DNA of 64,000 nucleotides from Nitrosotalea sp. (lineage in GTDB: Bacteria > Methylomirabilota > Methylomirabilia > Rokubacteriales > CSP1-6): the NCBI GenBank assembly GCA_035519555.1, contig DATIWG010000074.1:1292-65291 (forward strand). The letters are read 5' to 3'. Within the stretch, counting starts at the first letter, position 1. Every line of letters starts with the position of its first letter. The notes beneath the pieces were generated by a model, which searched no databases, was not told the origin of the DNA, and was given only the letters and a program-made list of their open reading frames with translations. Shown here piece after piece: positions 60,114 to 64,000 of this stretch. The position numbers were made by a program, and so were the translations under genes.

Positions 60114-61316
60114 TCATTGGGTGGTCGACTTCTTCATGCGCTGCTCGAGCCCGCGCAGGAGTCGCTCGGCCTGGTCGATATTGCGGCGGGCGTTGGCGTG
60201 GCTCGGGTCCATCTCGAGCACCACGCGCCACTCCGCGATCGCCTCCTTCAGCTTCTCCTCGCGATAGAACCGCACCCCCTGCGTGTAGTGCTGCTCGATA
60301 TTGCGGGTGCGGGCCTTCTTGAGAAGGGCGGAGGCGTCCTCGTAGTCCGGCTGCAGGCGTGTCAGCAGGGTCAGGCTGTGGATGGACTCGGGATACTGCT
60401 GGGCCTCCATCTGGCTCTTGGCCTGCCCGTAGAGCGCCTGCTTCTTCAGCGTGAGACCCTCCCGGTCCCCCGGCTTGCCGGCCAGGTACTTGTCCACCGT
60501 GCCGAGGGCGTCTCCGTAGTCGCTGCGCTCGAGGGCCTCGCGCGCTTCCGCCAGCAGCGGATTGACCTCCGGGGCGAGCTCCTCCTTCGGGGCGGCCACG
60601 CCCGGGGCCGCGGGCGGAGCCGGTGCGCCCGGCGCGGCGGGGGCCGGCCGAGGCACGTCGGGGGTGGGAACCGCGGCCACCACGGGCGCGGGCTTGCGCG
60701 CCTCCGGATGCACGAACGGTACCCCCGGGATCTCCGGGATCTTCAGCGTGGTGCCCGGGGTCAGGCGTGGATTGGGCGGGAGCTGATTGGTCTCCCAGAT
60801 GACTTCCAAGCGCGAGCGGTCACCGTAGTACCGCTGCGCGAGCCCGGCGAGCGTGTCCCCCGCCCGCACGGTGTGACTGATGAACTCCACCTCGCGGGTG
60901 CTGCTCTGTAGCGCCTCGAAGGCGGCGCGGTTGCCCGGATCCAGCGCGAGCGCGGTCAGGAACTTGCGCCGGGCCTCGACCTGCACCCCACGGGCGAGGG
61001 CCTTGCGCCCCTCGTCGATGCGCTCGGCCACCATCTGGTCGATCCGGGCCTGGAGCGCGCGCAGGCTCTCCCGCGCCTTGGCGTCGTCCGGCGTGATGGT
61101 GAGCACGATCTTCCACTCCTCGGCGGCGCGGCGGAGCTGGCCGTCGCGCTCGAGCGCCTCGGCCTGCTGGCGGTGACGCGCCGCGAGCGGATCGCGTGCG
61201 AGCGGCGCGGCCACCGCGCCGGGCGCACCCGACCCCGTCGTGCCGCCCAGGGAGGCGCAGCCGCCGAGGGCCAGCGCGGCCGCTGCAAGGAGGCCCAGGC
61301 CGTGCCCGCGCGTCAC
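60114..61316 (-). CDS. LysM- and TPR-containing lipoprotein
   Basis: Distal part of track ORF 60114..62348 from GTG 61316 (GTGA overlap). Lipobox ALALGGCAS. LysM HTVRAGDTLAGLAQRYYGD...IWETNQL. TPR-like helices at both ends. Confidence 0.75.
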   Translation of the reverse strand: MTRGHGLGLLAAAALALGGCASLGGTTGSGAPGAVAAPLARDPLAARHRQQAEALERDGQLRRAAEEWKIVLTITPDDAKARESLRALQARIDQMVAERIDEGRKALARGVQVEARRKFLTALALDPGNRAAFEALQSSTREVEFISHTVRAGDTLAGLAQRYYGDRSRLEVIWETNQLPPNPRLTPGTTLKIPEIPGVPFVHPEARKPAPVVAAVPTPDVPRPAPAAPGAPAPPAAPGVAAPKEELAPEVNPLLAEAREALERSDYGDALGTVDKYLAGKPGDREGLTLKKQALYGQAKSQMEAQQYPESIHSLTLLTRLQPDYEDASALLKKARTRNIEQHYTQGVRFYREEKLKEAIAEWRVVLEMDPSHANARRNIDQAERLLRGLEQRMKKSTTQ

Positions 61317-62356
61317 CGGAGATTCTCCTCCTGGAAGACGTTGAGGTTCTTCACGAAATCGTCGAGGGTCATCTCGGAGTAGATTTGGCTTCGGTGCCCG
61401 GCCAGCGGCCGCACGAACGAGGCGTTGCCCTGACGCCGCACCGAGAACGCGGCCACGTAACCGTACTCCTTGACCTTGGGCAGCAGGCCCTCTTCCCAGC
61501 GCCCGTAGGGATAGGCCAGGATCTGGCTCCGGCGGCCGAGGTTCTTGTTGAACAGCTCCTGCGGCTGCTCGAGCTCCACCTGCATGCGGCGCGCGTACTG
61601 CGCCTCGGTCTCCCCCATGGCGCGGCGCAGGTCGGCGTGCGTCTTGGTGTGTGCCTGGACGTCGAAGCCCTCGCCGGCCAGCTCGCGCAGATCGCTCCAC
61701 GAGAGCGCGCCGCGCCCGGCCCCCACCCAGTCCGTGTAGATGAAGAGCGTCGCGGTGAAACCCAGCTCCTTGAGCACGGGGTAAGCGTACTCCTTGAACG
61801 AGCGGTACCCGTCGTCGAAGGTCAGCACCACGGACCGCTGCGGCAGCTGGCGGTTGAGCCGGGTGAACTCGACGAAGTCGGCGAGGCTCACCACGCGATA
61901 GCCGTTCGTCTTCAGATAACGCATCTGCTCGCGAAAGCTCGCAGCCGCGAGCACCAGGCGGCCCTTCGCCTGCTCGGCCAGGTTGTGATACGTGAGGATC
62001 GGCACGATCTGGTAGCCGCCCGGGGTCACCCCGGACAGGTTCCACGGCCGGCGCGGGATCACGACCTCCTGGTCGGGCGCGAAGGCGCGGAGGCCCGTGT
62101 AGTCCTCGATTATCCACGCGCGATCGGCTCCACCCAGATAACGGGCGGCGAGCGTCTCGGGCGTGTCGCCCGGCTGGGCGAAGGTGATGATGAAGTCCTC
62201 CGACTGGTAGGCGGCCGGCCGAGGCGTCGGTTTGGCCGGGGCGGCGGTGGGGGTCGACGCCGGCGTGGGCGCCGGCGCGGCGGAGGCGCAGGCCGACAGC
62301 ACCAGGGCGGTGCCGGCCAGCAGGAGTGCCCGCGCCCGTGCGCAACAATTCATCAT
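61313..62356 (-). CDS. polysaccharide deacetylase (NodB homology) lipoprotein
   Basis: Lipobox LVLSAC. VVLTFDDGYRS, HTKTHADL, LAYPYG motifs. Confidence 0.85.
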   Translation of the reverse strand: MMNCCARARALLLAGTALVLSACASAAPAPTPASTPTAAPAKPTPRPAAYQSEDFIITFAQPGDTPETLAARYLGGADRAWIIEDYTGLRAFAPDQEVVIPRRPWNLSGVTPGGYQIVPILTYHNLAEQAKGRLVLAAASFREQMRYLKTNGYRVVSLADFVEFTRLNRQLPQRSVVLTFDDGYRSFKEYAYPVLKELGFTATLFIYTDWVGAGRGALSWSDLRELAGEGFDVQAHTKTHADLRRAMGETEAQYARRMQVELEQPQELFNKNLGRRSQILAYPYGRWEEGLLPKVKEYGYVAAFSVRRQGNASFVRPLAGHRSQIYSEMTLDDFVKNLNVFQEENLR

Positions 62357-62391
62357 CCCCTTATCCTAAACGACCGGGGCGGATAAGGGGA

Positions 62392-63852
62392 TCAAACTAC
62401 TGGAGCCAGCCCCAGGACCTCGTAGACCTCGACTTCCTCTTCCTTGCCCTTGACGCGGATCCGCCCGAGCGGGCGGGCGTCCACGAGGTCGCGCACGCGC
62501 TCGTAGGTCCGGTGGCTGATGAGGATCTGGCCGGGCTTGGCGTTGGACTCGAGGCGGGCGGCCAGATTGACGCTGTCGCCGATGACGGTGTACTCCATCC
62601 GGTCCTCGGTCCCGACGGTGCCCGCGACCGCCTCCCCCGCGCTGACGCCGATGCCGACGGAGATGGGCTCCTTGCCTTGGCGAGCGCGCCGCTCGTTGAG
62701 CCCGCCGATGCCCTCCTGCATGGCGAGCGCGGTCCGGATGGCGCGCGCGGAGTGGTCCGGGTGGGCGATGGGGGCGCCGAACACCGCCATCACCGCGTCC
62801 CCGAGGAACTTGTCGAGGGTCCCGTCGTGCTTGAAGGTGGTCTCGATCATGAGGTTGTAGAAGTCGTTGAGCAGGAGCACAACGTCTTCCGGGCTCATGC
62901 GCTCCGAGAGCGGCGTGAAGCCGCGCACGTCGCAGAAGAGCACGGTGACCTCCCGGCGCTCGCCGGTCAGGGCCAGCTGCTCCGGATTCTTCAGGATCTC
63001 CTCGACCACCTCGCGCGCCACGTACCGGGTGAAGGCGCGCTTGATCATCTCCTTCTCGCGCAGGCTCCGCGCCATGCGGTTGAACGACTCGGTCAGTGCA
63101 CCCAGCTCGTCGCGAGAGGCCACCGGGAGCGAGATGTTGAAATTGCCCGCCGCGATGGCTCCGGTGGCCCGCACGAGCCGGAAGATCGGGCGCGAGAGGA
63201 GCGCGGCGAGGCCGACCGCACCGCCCAGCCCGGCCAGCACCATCAGGAGCGTGATGAGCAGCGCTTGGTTGCGGGCGCTGGCCAGCGCCGCGTTGATGGC
63301 CTCCTCGCTGAAGCCCAGGTAGAGCGCGCCCACCGGCACCCGGCTATAGACGAGGGGCACCGCGAAATCGATGATGCGGCCCTGCGGCGTCTTGTAGGTC
63401 TGGACCAGGAGCCGGTTCTTGAGCGGCTCGAGGCCCTTCGGACGCTCCACCACGCTCTTCACCGCGGCCCGTGGGTCGGAATGGGCGAGGACCCGGCCGT
63501 CGTGATCGGCCACGATCACGTAGGCCACGTCGGGGTCCTTCATGGCGTCGGTGACGAGCACGCCCAGGGTGAGCTCGTCGCCGGTGAGCAGCGGGGTCTT
63601 GGCCCCGGCCGCGAAGTTCTCGGCCATGGTGAGGCCGCGCTTGGTCATCTCCGCGGTCAGGCTCTGCTGCTGCTCGCGGAGGAGGAAGAGGCCGACGAGG
63701 GCGACCGTGAGGACCACGAGCGCGGTGATGAGCAGGCTCAGCTTGACCTTCAGGGGCACCCGGATCGGCGAGGTCTCCGGGGGCGAGACGGCCGCAGCGG
63801 TGTCGGGGGTCGCCGCGGGCGTCGCGGCCGATTCGTTCGACGTGGCCGCCAC
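62392..63852 (-). CDS. membrane-bound class III adenylate/guanylate cyclase with periplasmic sensor and HAMP domain
   Basis: TM - extracytoplasmic domain - TM - HAMP (AAGNFNISLPVASRDELGALTESFNRMA) - cyclase (VTVLFCDVRGFT...FLGDAVMAVFG...TVIGDSVNLAARLE). Start set to GTG 63852 because track start 63936 overlaps the upstream gene's 3' end. Confidence 0.85.
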   Translation of the reverse strand: MAATSNESAATPAATPDTAAAVSPPETSPIRVPLKVKLSLLITALVVLTVALVGLFLLREQQQSLTAEMTKRGLTMAENFAAGAKTPLLTGDELTLGVLVTDAMKDPDVAYVIVADHDGRVLAHSDPRAAVKSVVERPKGLEPLKNRLLVQTYKTPQGRIIDFAVPLVYSRVPVGALYLGFSEEAINAALASARNQALLITLLMVLAGLGGAVGLAALLSRPIFRLVRATGAIAAGNFNISLPVASRDELGALTESFNRMARSLREKEMIKRAFTRYVAREVVEEILKNPEQLALTGERREVTVLFCDVRGFTPLSERMSPEDVVLLLNDFYNLMIETTFKHDGTLDKFLGDAVMAVFGAPIAHPDHSARAIRTALAMQEGIGGLNERRARQGKEPISVGIGVSAGEAVAGTVGTEDRMEYTVIGDSVNLAARLESNAKPGQILISHRTYERVRDLVDARPLGRIRVKGKEEEVEVYEVLGLAPVV

Positions 63853-63863
63853 GGGCCGGCGGC

Positions 63864-64000
63864 CTACAGCCCGTGCAGCGGGAAGATCCGCTCGTGGATC
63901 TCGCCCACCTGCCGCCGCGCGTACTCCTCCGCCCATCGGTGCGTGTCGGGGGGCACTGCCTCGAAGGGATCGGAGAGAGTCAGCTGCTCCAGCCCGAGTC
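63864..64000 (-). CDS. 3' end of an unidentified gene (N-terminus outside the window)
   Basis: My minus-strand translation: ...LGLEQLTLSDPFEAVPPDTHRWAEEYARRQVGEIHERIFPLHGL + TAG (63864-63866). Coding-like codon bias. No family recognised. Confidence 0.4.
   Translation of the reverse strand, partial: LGLEQLTLSDPFEAVPPDTHRWAEEYARRQVGEIHERIFPLHGL

Overview
High-GC, gene-dense bacterial chromosomal window with about 66 protein-coding genes on both strands. Many adjacent genes overlap start and stop codons (ATGA/GTGA/TGATG), which suggests operons with translational coupling. All calls come from reading the six-frame track, my own translation of selected stretches, and motifs I recognise; no searches were run. 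I found no rRNA, tRNA, CRISPR array, transposase, integrase or phage genes.

Content:
- a housekeeping block: tmk-holB-PSP1/yaaT-metG ... corC-tatD, plus glnD, hisC and lhr
- envelope genes: Slt-type lytic transglycosylase, Pal, LysM/TPR lipoprotein, NodB deacetylase, MscS, MsrPQ
- two ring-cleavage/aromatic clusters
- a 7-gene ABC-transporter/AroM/DUF917/hydantoinase-like operon
- several transporters

Main result: four genes contain an in-frame TGA exactly at a catalytic-Cys or known selenocysteine position. They are a CUAEP-tail radical SAM protein, a PrxQ/BCP peroxiredoxin, and a translationally coupled pair of apparently exported proteins (a Cys-free peroxiredoxin and a UxxC TlpA-like thioredoxin-fold protein). 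The ORF track splits or truncates all four. I interpret them as selenoproteins, and the exported pair as a possible selenium-based extracytoplasmic peroxide-reduction relay.

Other observations:
- a family of GC-rich 'CCCTCTCCCC/GGGGAGAGGG' hairpin elements, one inside the msrQ 3' end and one in-frame in the metG linker
- a decayed ABC_sub_bind pseudogene
- a 5'-truncated MBL-fold paralog
- an 18-nt tandem repeat
- a sigma-54-like promoter candidate in the only long, lower-GC intergenic region

Many long ORFs in the track are antisense shadow ORFs typical of high-GC DNA and were rejected.
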